NCBI GenBank assembly: GCA_963843575.1
Contig: CAWJKZ010000013.1
Span: forward strand, 128,001 to 192,000
DNA length: 64,000 nt
Origin: an uncultured Acidobacteriota bacterium
Lineage (GTDB): Bacteria; Acidobacteriota; UBA6911
Direction of reading: 5' to 3'
Shown: piece after piece, positions 20,251-29,255 of the stretch
Layout of the letters: every line of letters starts with the position of its first letter
How positions within the stretch are numbered: position 1 is the stretch's first letter
Translations under genes and position numbers: made by a program
The notes under the pieces: generated by a model
Databases searched by the model: none
What the model was told of the DNA's origin: nothing
What the model saw: the letters and a program-made list of their open reading frames with translations, nothing else

Positions 20251-20402
20251 CCGGGGACTGGTTTTGCCTTGAGCGGTCATATCTCATCAGCGGCGCTTCC
20301 GGTATCCACGGCGGATGAGCCGGGAGGCTCCTGTCCGCGGCGGGGCGCATTGTGCTCTCCCGGCTGCTCGGGCCCGGCCGGTCGGCCAGATATGAGCGTT
20401 TC

Positions 20403-21080
20403 ATGAAGTTGGCGGTACTGTCGGACATCCACGCGAACCTGCCGGCCCTCGATGCGGTGCTGCGCCATGTCCCGTCGCCCGACGCTTTCCTGTGCTGCGG
20501 CGACCTGGTCGGCTACTACCCCGACGCGAACGAAGTCTGCGACCGGTTGCGCTCCATCGGCGCGCACGTCATCCGCGGCAACCACGACGCGTATGTCACG
20601 GGACAGCTTGAGCCGGATCCGGTAAAATCGCCGCTGTATCGAACGGAATGGACGAGGGAACACCTTCAGAAGAAGCACCTCGCCTGGTTGCGCGCACTCC
20701 CGGCCGAGCTTCGGTTCGACTGGGACTCGCTCCGGATCACCATGCGCCACGCAAGTCCGTGGGACGAGGAAACCTATCTGTATGAGGACAGCCCGGCACT
20801 CGGAGCCGTCAAGACGGGCGCCGGAGACCTCCTGATCCTGGGCCACACGCACCGTCCTATGTTGAAGCGCACCCCTGACTGCTCGGTGCTCAATCCCGGC
20901 TCGGTCGGTCAGCCGCGGGACTGGGATCCGCGCGCGAGCTATGCCACGGTTGACACGAAAAGCGGGGAGGTCGGCCTCCATCGGGTTGTCTACGATTTTC
21001 CCGCTCTTCAGCGGCGCTTGCGGGCGCTGGCCTGGGAGCGGGAAACCATCGACATCCTGGGCCGGGAGAAAGTGCTCTAA
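20403..21080 (+). CDS. Calcineurin-like metallophosphoesterase
   Basis: SDIHAN, GDLVGY, RGNHD, GHTH and NPGSVG motifs. Confidence 0.9.
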   Translation: MKLAVLSDIHANLPALDAVLRHVPSPDAFLCCGDLVGYYPDANEVCDRLRSIGAHVIRGNHDAYVTGQLEPDPVKSPLYRTEWTREHLQKKHLAWLRALPAELRFDWDSLRITMRHASPWDEETYLYEDSPALGAVKTGAGDLLILGHTHRPMLKRTPDCSVLNPGSVGQPRDWDPRASYATVDTKSGEVGLHRVVYDFPALQRRLRALAWERETIDILGREKVL

Positions 21081-22141
21081 TGACGGGGATCGTCCGGGTG
21101 CTGGTGACGGGTGTTTCCGGGGGTAGTATCGGCGAACAGGTCTGCAAGGCCCTGCGCTGCGGGCGCAGGTCTTACGAGATTGTCGCCGCGAACACCTCGC
21201 TCCCAGCCATGGCAGCCGTCCGGGCGGAACACTACGAAATTCTCCCCCCCGCGGACGCCGCGGATTACCCGGAGAAGTTGAGGGAGGTCCTGTCCCGGCG
21301 CCAGATCCACTTCCTCGTGCCCGGCAGCGAGCCGGAACTGATCCGAATATCGGAGGACCACGACCAGTTTGTCCCGGCTGGACTGCCGATCCTCATCAAT
21401 TCGACCGGGGCCATCCGCATCTGCGTGGACAAGTGCGCGACCGCGCGGTTTCTGGCCGGCCGCGGGTTCCCGGTCCCCGCAACCCTGCAAATCGAATCTG
21501 CCGCCGACGTGGCGGGCCTGGAGGCCTTCCCCTACATAGTCAAGCCGGTGCGCGGCGGTGGGTCCGCCTCCACATTTCTGGCCCAGGATGCCGCGGAACT
21601 GCAGTTTTTCGCCGAGTACCTCGTCAAGTACGGGCGAAAGGCGGTCGTTCAGGAGTATTTCGGCAGCCCCGACGAGGAATACACGGTCGGGGTGCTGCAC
21701 TATCCCGACGGCACGCTGTCCGGTTCGGTTGTCCTGCACCGCAGCATTCTCGACGGCCTCTCCAACCGGCTCAAGTTGCCGAACCGCACCGGCAGGGGGG
21801 AGCTGGGAAGCACGCTCGCCGTATCTTCGGGCATCTCGCAAGGCCGCATCGTGTCGTGCGAACCCATAAGCAGTCAGTGCGAGGCGATAGCCCGCGCCCT
21901 CGGTTCCACCGGACCGCTGAACATCCAGGGGCGCTGGTTCAACGGCACGTTCATGCCCTTCGAGATCAACCCCCGGTTTTCCGGGACGACACCGATGCGG
22001 GCCCAAGCCGGTTTTAACGAGCCCGAGTTGCTGATCGACTGGCACAGGGGCGAACGCGACCGGGCCTGTCCGCGGATCCGCTACGGCGTTTTTTCCAGGG
22101 GACTCGTCGAATGCTTCACCGAAGATCCGCCGCCAGCCTGA
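21080..22141 (+). CDS. ATP-grasp domain protein (carbamoyl-phosphate synthase-like)
   Basis: DKCAT..L, IVKP..GGGS, VQEY and FEINPRFSG motifs. Confidence 0.85.
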   Translation: MTGIVRVLVTGVSGGSIGEQVCKALRCGRRSYEIVAANTSLPAMAAVRAEHYEILPPADAADYPEKLREVLSRRQIHFLVPGSEPELIRISEDHDQFVPAGLPILINSTGAIRICVDKCATARFLAGRGFPVPATLQIESAADVAGLEAFPYIVKPVRGGGSASTFLAQDAAELQFFAEYLVKYGRKAVVQEYFGSPDEEYTVGVLHYPDGTLSGSVVLHRSILDGLSNRLKLPNRTGRGELGSTLAVSSGISQGRIVSCEPISSQCEAIARALGSTGPLNIQGRWFNGTFMPFEINPRFSGTTPMRAQAGFNEPELLIDWHRGERDRACPRIRYGVFSRGLVECFTEDPPPA

Positions 22142-22151
22142 GGAGCGTCGA

Positions 22152-22769
22152 ATGATTGTGATCGTCGATTACGGGATGGGAAACCTCGGCTCCATCCTGA
22201 ACATGCTGCGCAGGGTGGGTGCGGAGGCGATGGTCTCCTCCCGGGTCGCGGATATCGAGTCGGCCGCGAAACTGGTGCTTCCCGGCGTGGGGTCATTTGA
22301 CGCCGGCATGCGCCGCCTGAGGGAGCTTGGGCTGGTGGACGTCCTGAGTGAAAAAGTCCTGCGGCTCAAGACGCCCACGCTGGGCGTGTGTCTCGGCATG
22401 CAGCTCCTGACGACTTCGAGCGAAGAGGGGACCGAGCCGGGGCTCGGCTGGATCGAGGCGCGCACGGTAAGGTTCCGCTTCGAGGGAGAGCAGTCGAGAC
22501 TGAAAATCCCGCACATGGGCTGGAACACGGTGACCATCCGGAAGAAGGCGAACCTCTTCGCGGGCATGGACGATCAGAGCCGCTTCTACTTCGTGCATTC
22601 TTACCACGTCGTGTGTGATGACCCGGAAGACGTCGCCGCAACCACCGAGTACGGCTACGAGTTCGTCTCGGCGGTCGAGCGGGGCAATATTACGGGCGCG
22701 CAGTTTCATCCCGAGAAAAGCCACCGGTTCGGCATGAAGGTCTACACGAATTTCGTGAGTGCGTGCTGA
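22152..22769 (+). CDS. hisH: HisH-like glutamine amidotransferase (polysaccharide-locus paralogue)
   Basis: DYGMGN, PGVG, GVCLGMQ, FYFVHSY and QFHPEKS motifs. Confidence 0.9.
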   Translation: MIVIVDYGMGNLGSILNMLRRVGAEAMVSSRVADIESAAKLVLPGVGSFDAGMRRLRELGLVDVLSEKVLRLKTPTLGVCLGMQLLTTSSEEGTEPGLGWIEARTVRFRFEGEQSRLKIPHMGWNTVTIRKKANLFAGMDDQSRFYFVHSYHVVCDDPEDVAATTEYGYEFVSAVERGNITGAQFHPEKSHRFGMKVYTNFVSAC

Positions 22770-22770
22770 T

Positions 22771-23532
22771 ATGCTGAAGACCCGCGTCATGCCATGCTTG
22801 CTGCTGCAGGAAGGCTCGCTGGTCAAGACCGTGCGGTTCAGGGACCCGTCTTATGTCGGGGATCCGGTCAACGCCATCCGGATCTACAACGAGAAGGAAG
22901 TCGACGAGCTCATTTTCCTCGACATCGGCGCCACCCGGGAAGATCGCCGTCCGCCCTTCAAGATCCTCTCCGAGATTGCCAGCGAGTGCTTCATGCCGGT
23001 GGCCTACGGCGGCGGGGTGCGCGACCTCGACGACATCCGCACCATCTTCAGTCTGGGGATAGAAAAGGTCGCGATAAACACGCACGCCGTGGAAGATCCG
23101 AATTTCATACGGGAGGCGGCGGCCAGGTTCGGCAGCCAAAGCATCGTCGCGTCGATCGATGCCAGGAAGAAGCTGTTCGGCGGGTACGAAGCTTACACTC
23201 GCGGCGGGCGCAAGGCGACCGGACTGGACGCCGCGGCGCTGGCGAGGCGGATGGAGGCGGCGGGGGCCGGTGAAATCCTGCTGACCTCGATCGACCGCGA
23301 CGGGACACAGACGGGGTACGATCTGGCGCTCCTGCAGCGCGTCGCCCCCGCCGTCAATATCCCCGTGATCGCCTGCGGCGGTGCGGGACGCGTGGAGGAC
23401 TTCGGGGCTGCCGTCAAACAGGGCGGAGCCTCGGCTTGTGCCGCCGGCAGCATGGTCGTCTACTTCGGCCGGAACCGCGCGGTCCTGATCAATTTCCCGA
23501 GCCGCGCCGAACTCGAGGCCACGCTGGGTTGA
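22771..23532 (+). CDS. hisF: HisF2/AglZ-type cyclase-like subunit (acetamidino modification)
   Basis: LVKTVRF..YVGDPVNAIRIYNEKEVDEL, TSIDRDGT and AVLINFP motifs; located in a glycan locus, not a his operon. Confidence 0.88.
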   Translation: MLKTRVMPCLLLQEGSLVKTVRFRDPSYVGDPVNAIRIYNEKEVDELIFLDIGATREDRRPPFKILSEIASECFMPVAYGGGVRDLDDIRTIFSLGIEKVAINTHAVEDPNFIREAAARFGSQSIVASIDARKKLFGGYEAYTRGGRKATGLDAAALARRMEAAGAGEILLTSIDRDGTQTGYDLALLQRVAPAVNIPVIACGGAGRVEDFGAAVKQGGASACAAGSMVVYFGRNRAVLINFPSRAELEATLG

Positions 23533-23596
23533 GCGGTCGACCGATGTGATCATCCGGCTCGCTCCGAACCAGGGCTCTCTGCCGGAGTCATTGAGC

Positions 23597-24751
23597 ATGC
23601 GTGTTTTCATCGGGGTGTCCGAGATCGCGAATCTCGTCAACTCGTACCGTGCCGGGTTCGAGCAGCTCGGCTGGGAGACCTACACCGTCGTCGCTCGCAG
23701 CAACCCCCTGTACCCGGAAAACCGGTACGACGTCGTGCTTTTGGGGCCGGACGGTTCCGCGCCTGCCTCGTGGACCGGGCGGGCCGCACGATCGCTCAGG
23801 GCCCGCCTCCGTTCCTGCCATTGCTTTCTCAGGGGGCTGCGGACATGCGACCTGTTCATTTACAACACGGGAGGATCGCTGCTGCCCGCCTACCTGGACT
23901 ATGTCCTGATCCGGCTGCTGGGCAAGCGCCTTGTGGTCATGTTCGTGGGGAGCGAGATCCGTCATTGGTATGCCTACCAGTGCGAGATGGACGCGCTGGG
24001 GAGAACCGAGACGGTTCGTCCCTTTATCGACGCCATCCGGGACCAGCGCTACGGCTCGTACCGCCAGATGCTCCGCCGTATCGCGGCCGCGGAGCGCCAC
24101 GCCCACCTGATCCTGTCGCAACCCGGCCACGGCCAGCTGCAGAAGCGTCCCTACATGCGGGTCAACGTCGCGCTCGACCTCCGCAGGTTCCGGTTCAACG
24201 TGCCGGCGCGTGAAACGCCGCTGATTCTGCACGCTCCGAGCAGCCGGGGCATCAAAGGCACGGAATACGTCCTGCCCGCCGTCGAACGGCTGCGGGCGGA
24301 GGGTCTCAGGTTCGAATTCAGGCTGATCGAGCGGATCGCTCACACCCAGTTGTGCGAGCTGTTGTCGGAATCCGACATCGTCGTGGACGAACTCTTCAGC
24401 GACACGGTCGGGGTTCTTTCGACGGAGGCGATGGCGACAGGCAACGCGGTGTTGACGAGCTATATGCGCGATTACGCGAGGGTGCCGGCCGGCTGCCCGG
24501 TTGTCAACGTCGACAAGGACAGCGTCACAGACGAGCTCCGGCGCGTCATCCTTGACGTGGAGGTGCGGCGAGAACTCGCCCGCAGCGGGCGCCGGTACGT
24601 GGAACAGCATCACGATGCCGCTAAAGTGGCGGGACAGGTGCTTGCCTGGCTGGAGCCCGGCCGCATCACCGAGTACGATTTCACGCCCGTGTTTTATCGC
24701 GACTTCCGCATGCCCGCAGGTATCGCGGGATCGGATCGGGAGCGACGATGA
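23597..24751 (+). CDS. GT-B glycosyltransferase
   Basis: HAPSSRGIKGT, DIVVDE and EAMATG motifs. Confidence 0.75.
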   Translation: MRVFIGVSEIANLVNSYRAGFEQLGWETYTVVARSNPLYPENRYDVVLLGPDGSAPASWTGRAARSLRARLRSCHCFLRGLRTCDLFIYNTGGSLLPAYLDYVLIRLLGKRLVVMFVGSEIRHWYAYQCEMDALGRTETVRPFIDAIRDQRYGSYRQMLRRIAAAERHAHLILSQPGHGQLQKRPYMRVNVALDLRRFRFNVPARETPLILHAPSSRGIKGTEYVLPAVERLRAEGLRFEFRLIERIAHTQLCELLSESDIVVDELFSDTVGVLSTEAMATGNAVLTSYMRDYARVPAGCPVVNVDKDSVTDELRRVILDVEVRRELARSGRRYVEQHHDAAKVAGQVLAWLEPGRITEYDFTPVFYRDFRMPAGIAGSDRERR

Positions 24752-26241
24752 AACCCGGAGCGCTGATCGCGAGGCTCGGCAAGGACACCCTGGTCTATGG
24801 GCTGAGCAGCGCCATCCAGAAATTCATCGTCTTCCTGCTCTTCCCGATCTACACACGCCTCCTGAGCCAGTCGGATTTCGGAGTCCAGGACTTGGTCGTT
24901 ACCTCGGTCGCCCTGGTCGGGATGCTCCTGGTGCTCGGCATGGATTCGGGCGCGATGCTCTCTTACTACTCCGCCGACGAGGCCGGCAGGAGTGGCATTC
25001 GTTCCTCCTGGTTGTGGGCGGAACTCCTGCTCGCCGTCCCCGTCTGCGCGCTGCTGTGGTTTGCCGCGGTACCGCTGTGCTCTCTCCTTTTCAGCAATCC
25101 AGAAATCGCGCCGTACTTCCGGCTGGGGGTCCTTTCCATCCCCTTCTCGCAGGGCGTGCGCGCGATCATGCTCGTGATGCGCCTGAGGTTTCAGACCGCC
25201 AGGTTCCTGCTGCTCTCGGTTTTCGGCGTCCTTGTTCAGGTCGGAGGAGCCATCCTGATGGTCGGGGTGTGGCGGATGGGGGTGCGCGGCGTCTTTCTGG
25301 CGATCCTGATCGCGAATGCCGCCCAGATGGCGCTCGGCCTGATCGTGTCCGCCGGCAGCTTCCGGCTGGACATCTCCATGCGATGGCTGAGGTCGATGCT
25401 TCGGGTCGGGTTGCCGCTCGTGCCGGCGGCGCTCTCGGTCTGGGTCCTGAACTACTCGAACCGCTACTTCCTCGTGCGTTACGGCACCCTCGCCGACGTC
25501 GGCCTGCTCGGTGTCGCGGTCCGGATCAGCAGCATCCTGCTTTTCCTGCTCTCGGCCTTCGAGACGGCCTGGGGCCCGTTTGCCTACTCCCTCGCGGAGG
25601 ACAAAGAACTTGCCCGGCGAACCTACGCGAAGGCGCTGACCTACTTTCTGCTGACGTCCCTGGTCGGCGCCGCCCTCCTGTCCGTCTTCGGTCGCGAGGT
25701 CACCCTCATGCTTGCGACCGAGTCGTACGAAGGATCGGCGGATCTGATCCCCATCTACTGCTATAGCGCCATTTCGTGGGCTTCCGCTTACATCGTGGGG
25801 ATGGGGACCGGCATCGCCCGCAGGACATACCACAGTACGGTGGCCGCGAGCCTGGGTGCCGCCGTGAACATCGCCCTCAATTTCCTGGTGATCCCGGGTT
25901 GGGGAATCGCCGGCGCCGCAGTGGCGACCCTGGTCGGGAACCTTGTATCCCTCACCTACATGTACGTGGCCGGGCAGCACTACTTTCCGGTGCAATACGA
26001 GACGGGCCGCATAACGAGGCTCGTGGCCGCCGCGACCATCGCAATCGGCCTGGCGCTGCTGATCGACTACCTCCGTTTCGCCACCCTCTCCCAGGGAGTG
26101 GTCATCAAGACCGGGATCTGTGCCGCATTCGGCGCCAGCCTGTTCCTTTTGCGCGTTCTGGGCCGGGAGGACTTGAGCGTCGCCTGGGCCCTGGTACAGG
26201 CCAAGTTCGGGGGAAGCCTGGCGGAGGAGGACCGGTTGTGA
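24748..26241 (+). CDS. wzx: Wzx-type oligosaccharide flippase
   Basis: 12-14 TM segments; PIYTRLLS..FG and NIALNFLVIP.WGIAGAAVAT motifs. Confidence 0.88.
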   Translation: MKPGALIARLGKDTLVYGLSSAIQKFIVFLLFPIYTRLLSQSDFGVQDLVVTSVALVGMLLVLGMDSGAMLSYYSADEAGRSGIRSSWLWAELLLAVPVCALLWFAAVPLCSLLFSNPEIAPYFRLGVLSIPFSQGVRAIMLVMRLRFQTARFLLLSVFGVLVQVGGAILMVGVWRMGVRGVFLAILIANAAQMALGLIVSAGSFRLDISMRWLRSMLRVGLPLVPAALSVWVLNYSNRYFLVRYGTLADVGLLGVAVRISSILLFLLSAFETAWGPFAYSLAEDKELARRTYAKALTYFLLTSLVGAALLSVFGREVTLMLATESYEGSADLIPIYCYSAISWASAYIVGMGTGIARRTYHSTVAASLGAAVNIALNFLVIPGWGIAGAAVATLVGNLVSLTYMYVAGQHYFPVQYETGRITRLVAAATIAIGLALLIDYLRFATLSQGVVIKTGICAAFGASLFLLRVLGREDLSVAWALVQAKFGGSLAEEDRL

Positions 26242-27647
26242 CGGATCCCCAGGGCGCCAATAGCGCGGTTCGTGGCGGCCTCGGAGCCGCGGTCGGGGGA
26301 CGGCGACTGAAGAGAACACTTGTGTTTGAGAGGGTGCTGATCTACGCGGCGGCGGGCTTCGGGATCATCGGGCCCGGGTTCGGGTTCGTCCAGACCGGTC
26401 CACTCAAGCTTTACCCCTTTCGCGTATTGCTGCCCGCCGTGTTTGTGCTGTTCGCCATACGGACGTTGAGCAGCCGGTTTCCAGAGTACGTCCGAAGCCC
26501 CTCGGTGAAGCGCTTCCTTTGGTTTCTTGCGGCCTGGTGGACGTACGCCGTGGGATCCACGTTGTGGGCGGCGGACAAGGGGCTGGCCGTCCAGAACATC
26601 CTGCTGCTCTCTGTCGGGATCACCCTGGAAGCGGTCATCGTCTACTACATCGGCTCCATGCGCCAGTTGCGGCGACTCTGCGACGTGTGGCTGCTCGTTT
26701 CCGCACTCGCCATGGCGGTAGGTGTCTGGGAGACCGTGACCGGCGACCACCTTGCAGTGTCGGGCTACGTCTTGGAGGAGAACTATTTGAGCCGGTTCTC
26801 CCCTTCCGCCTTCTTTTACAACAAGAACGATCTCGCGACGTTTATCGCCTTGACCGTCCCCTTTGCCCTGGTCTGGATGTTCCATGCACGCAGGCGCGGT
26901 CCGCGCTTCATGTGCGCCGTCCTGCTGGTTGCCTCAGCCTATGTGCTGGTGCAAACCAAGTCGCGCGGCAGCGCGCTGGCCGTGGTCCTCGAACTGGGCT
27001 GCCTGTATGTGTTCCGGCGACCCTACCGAAGCGCCTGGAGGCTGGCGGTCGCCGTGGCGGTGTTCCTGTTGCTGGGGGTGTCCGTATGGGTCGGCATCGA
27101 CACCACGGGTGAGGAAGGACTGCTCGCACGCTTTAGCGAACTGCGCGAGGATCTGGCGCCGGACAGCGTGAGATACAACCTCTACCGGAACGTGCCCTGG
27201 TTCGTGCTTCGGTCGTATGGTCTCGGGGTGGGTGCGGGCAACGCCGAGTATCACCTTGAGCATCAACCCTTGTACGACACGTACGGCTACTACAATGTCC
27301 ACAACTGGTGGCTCGAGATCGTCACGAACTACGGCCTCCCGGTGTTTTTCCTGTACGTCTATTTCTATCTCAAACTCGGGGGGGAACTGATCAGAACGCA
27401 GCGGCGGAGTCGGACTGCCACGGGGAAGATGGTCGGCCGCGCCCTGGTAGCGGGCTGGATCGGATTCTCCGTCGCCAGCCTGAGCTCAAGCTCGATCATG
27501 CCGTTTGTGCCCCAGTGGCTCTTCTGGGGGGTCGCGCTGGCCTATCTCAACGTGTCCGCAGCCAGCGGAGTCGACCCCAGGCGGAAGGCGCCCCGGCCAC
27601 GAACCGTGGAGAGGCTGGCGGCCGCTCCCTCACCGAACACCGGTTGA
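26238..27647 (+). CDS. Wzy polymerase / O-antigen ligase family protein
   Basis: GTGA overlap with wzx; multi-TM; NKNDLA, SRG, GVGAGN and HNWWLEI motifs. Confidence 0.8.
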   Translation: MTDPQGANSAVRGGLGAAVGGRRLKRTLVFERVLIYAAAGFGIIGPGFGFVQTGPLKLYPFRVLLPAVFVLFAIRTLSSRFPEYVRSPSVKRFLWFLAAWWTYAVGSTLWAADKGLAVQNILLLSVGITLEAVIVYYIGSMRQLRRLCDVWLLVSALAMAVGVWETVTGDHLAVSGYVLEENYLSRFSPSAFFYNKNDLATFIALTVPFALVWMFHARRRGPRFMCAVLLVASAYVLVQTKSRGSALAVVLELGCLYVFRRPYRSAWRLAVAVAVFLLLGVSVWVGIDTTGEEGLLARFSELREDLAPDSVRYNLYRNVPWFVLRSYGLGVGAGNAEYHLEHQPLYDTYGYYNVHNWWLEIVTNYGLPVFFLYVYFYLKLGGELIRTQRRSRTATGKMVGRALVAGWIGFSVASLSSSSIMPFVPQWLFWGVALAYLNVSAASGVDPRRKAPRPRTVERLAAAPSPNTG

Positions 27648-27669
27648 GTCAACCGCCGCGCCCCGGAGG

Positions 27670-27954
27670 GCTGACGGCTCCGTCAATAGAAATCTCCTAG
27701 TGTTGGTTGCTGGAGGATCTGGTGGCTTAAAAGCCAAAACAGAACGCAGATTCCGCGGATTCAACGGATTCACGCGGATCGGACGCGGCCTCTCGCCAGG
27801 TCGATCCGTGGGGATCCGCGCGCATCCGCGTCCTGAAAAATACGTCAGCGTATTTGTGGACATCATACTTAGGGTCTGTCCCAGCTGACGGCTCCGCTAA
27901 TAGAAGTCTCTTATCGTTGCTTGCTGAGGATCTGTTGGGTCGGGAGCCGTCAGC
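27670..27954. repeat. Composite repeat region: ~50 bp imperfect direct repeats (27670-27720, 27884-27933) flanking a family-C element
   Basis: gctgacggctccg..aatagaa.tctc...ttgctg.aggatct occurs twice; the second copy is closed by a perfect 12 bp inverted repeat ggagccgtcagc at 27943-27954. Confidence 0.75.
27729..27844 (+). repeat. Dispersed palindromic element, family C (ACGCGGAT-periodic), copy 1
   Basis: 116 nt with 6 mismatches by eye to the reverse complement of 55354-55469; internal (a/c)cgcggat / atccgcg arms. Confidence 0.9.
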
Positions 27955-28057
27955 AAAATGTGGAGTTATTCTTGCGCGAACCCTTAGCTTGGGTTCGGGG
28001 CATCGATCGGGCGAAAGCAGTGTATACTTTTCGGCCATGGCGGTATCGTCTGAGCTG

Positions 28058-29200
28058 ATGACCAAGCCCTCACCCGGCGTCCGGCAGGACTACAGGATAT
28101 GCCGGCGCTGCATCATGGATACCTCCGATCCCGGCATCGTGTTTGACGCCCAGGGCGTCTGCAACCGGTGTCGCGAGTACGAACTTCGCCTTCAGCGCTA
28201 CGTGCTTCCGGCGGAGCGGCGCGAGGAGGCCCTGAATCGTCTGGTCGAGGAAATCCGCGCACGCGGCCGGTCCCTTCTCTACGACTGCATCATCGGGGTC
28301 AGCGGAGGGGTCGACAGCACCTACGTCGCCTATCTGGTCAAGGCGCTCGGGCTGCGCCCGCTCGCGGTCCACCTGGACAACGGCTGGGATTCCAACCTCG
28401 CGGTCACCAACATCGAGAGGGCGCTCAGGAAACTGGGGATCGATCTGTTCACACACGTGCTCGATTGGGAGGAATTCCGGAACCTGCAGCTCGCGTTTCT
28501 CAAGGCATCCACCCCCGATTCCGAGATACCCACCGACCACGCGATCATGGCCGCTTTGATGCACAAGGCCCGGAAGCTCGGGGTCAAGTACATCATCTAC
28601 GGCAGCAACGTCCTTACCGAGGGACTGTACAGCCCGGAATGGTCTCAGGGGCACTACGACTGGAAGTACATCAAGAGCATACACGCGCAATTCGGAACGG
28701 TCCCGCTCCGGCGCTTCCCGCACATTACGCTGGCGCAGTATTGTGTAGACCGGTACATCAGGGGGCGGCAGTTTGTCAGCATCCTCAACTACGTCGCCTA
28801 CGACAAGGCCGCCGCCGTCGACACCATCCGGCGCGAGCTGGATTGGCAGCCGTACGAGGGCAAGCACCACGAGTCGATCTACACGCGCTTTTTCCAGAGC
28901 TACATCCTTCCGCAGAAGTTCGGCGCGGATAAAAGGCGCATGCACCTGTCGGCTCTGATCGTCTCCGGACAGATGGTTCGCGAGGAAGGGCTCAGGAGGG
29001 TAGCGGCTCCGCCGTGCTCCCCGGAACAACTGGCAGAGGACAAGGTCTACGTCTGCAAGAAGCTCGGCATCGGCAGGGAAGAGTTCGATCGGATCATGGC
29101 GCTGCCGCCGAGGAGGTTCTGGGACTACCCTTCCAACGAGAAATCAACCGTCATCCAATGGTATCGAAGACACAGATCGCTCTTCCCGCAGCAGAGGTAG
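28058..29200 (+). CDS. N-acetyl sugar amidotransferase (WbpG-like), copy 2
   Basis: CRRCIMDTSDP..CNRC, SGGVDS, HLDNGW and YEGKHHES motifs. Alternative ATG at 28037. Confidence 0.9.
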   Translation: MTKPSPGVRQDYRICRRCIMDTSDPGIVFDAQGVCNRCREYELRLQRYVLPAERREEALNRLVEEIRARGRSLLYDCIIGVSGGVDSTYVAYLVKALGLRPLAVHLDNGWDSNLAVTNIERALRKLGIDLFTHVLDWEEFRNLQLAFLKASTPDSEIPTDHAIMAALMHKARKLGVKYIIYGSNVLTEGLYSPEWSQGHYDWKYIKSIHAQFGTVPLRRFPHITLAQYCVDRYIRGRQFVSILNYVAYDKAAAVDTIRRELDWQPYEGKHHESIYTRFFQSYILPQKFGADKRRMHLSALIVSGQMVREEGLRRVAAPPCSPEQLAEDKVYVCKKLGIGREEFDRIMALPPRRFWDYPSNEKSTVIQWYRRHRSLFPQQR

Positions 29201-29255
29201 ACGGAGGTGCCTCTCGCAGGCCAGCCGTCCCCGCGCCCGAAGTCCCGGAGCGCCG

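Noticed and set aside
22152-23532. hisH/hisF as histidine biosynthesis genes
   Set aside because: No other his genes are present; sequence type and context match the polysaccharide-modification paralogues.
27729-27954. CRISPR array in the repeat-rich intergenic regions (also 55350-55890)
   Set aside because: No series of identical direct repeats with unique spacers and no cas genes; the repeats are palindromic and dispersed.
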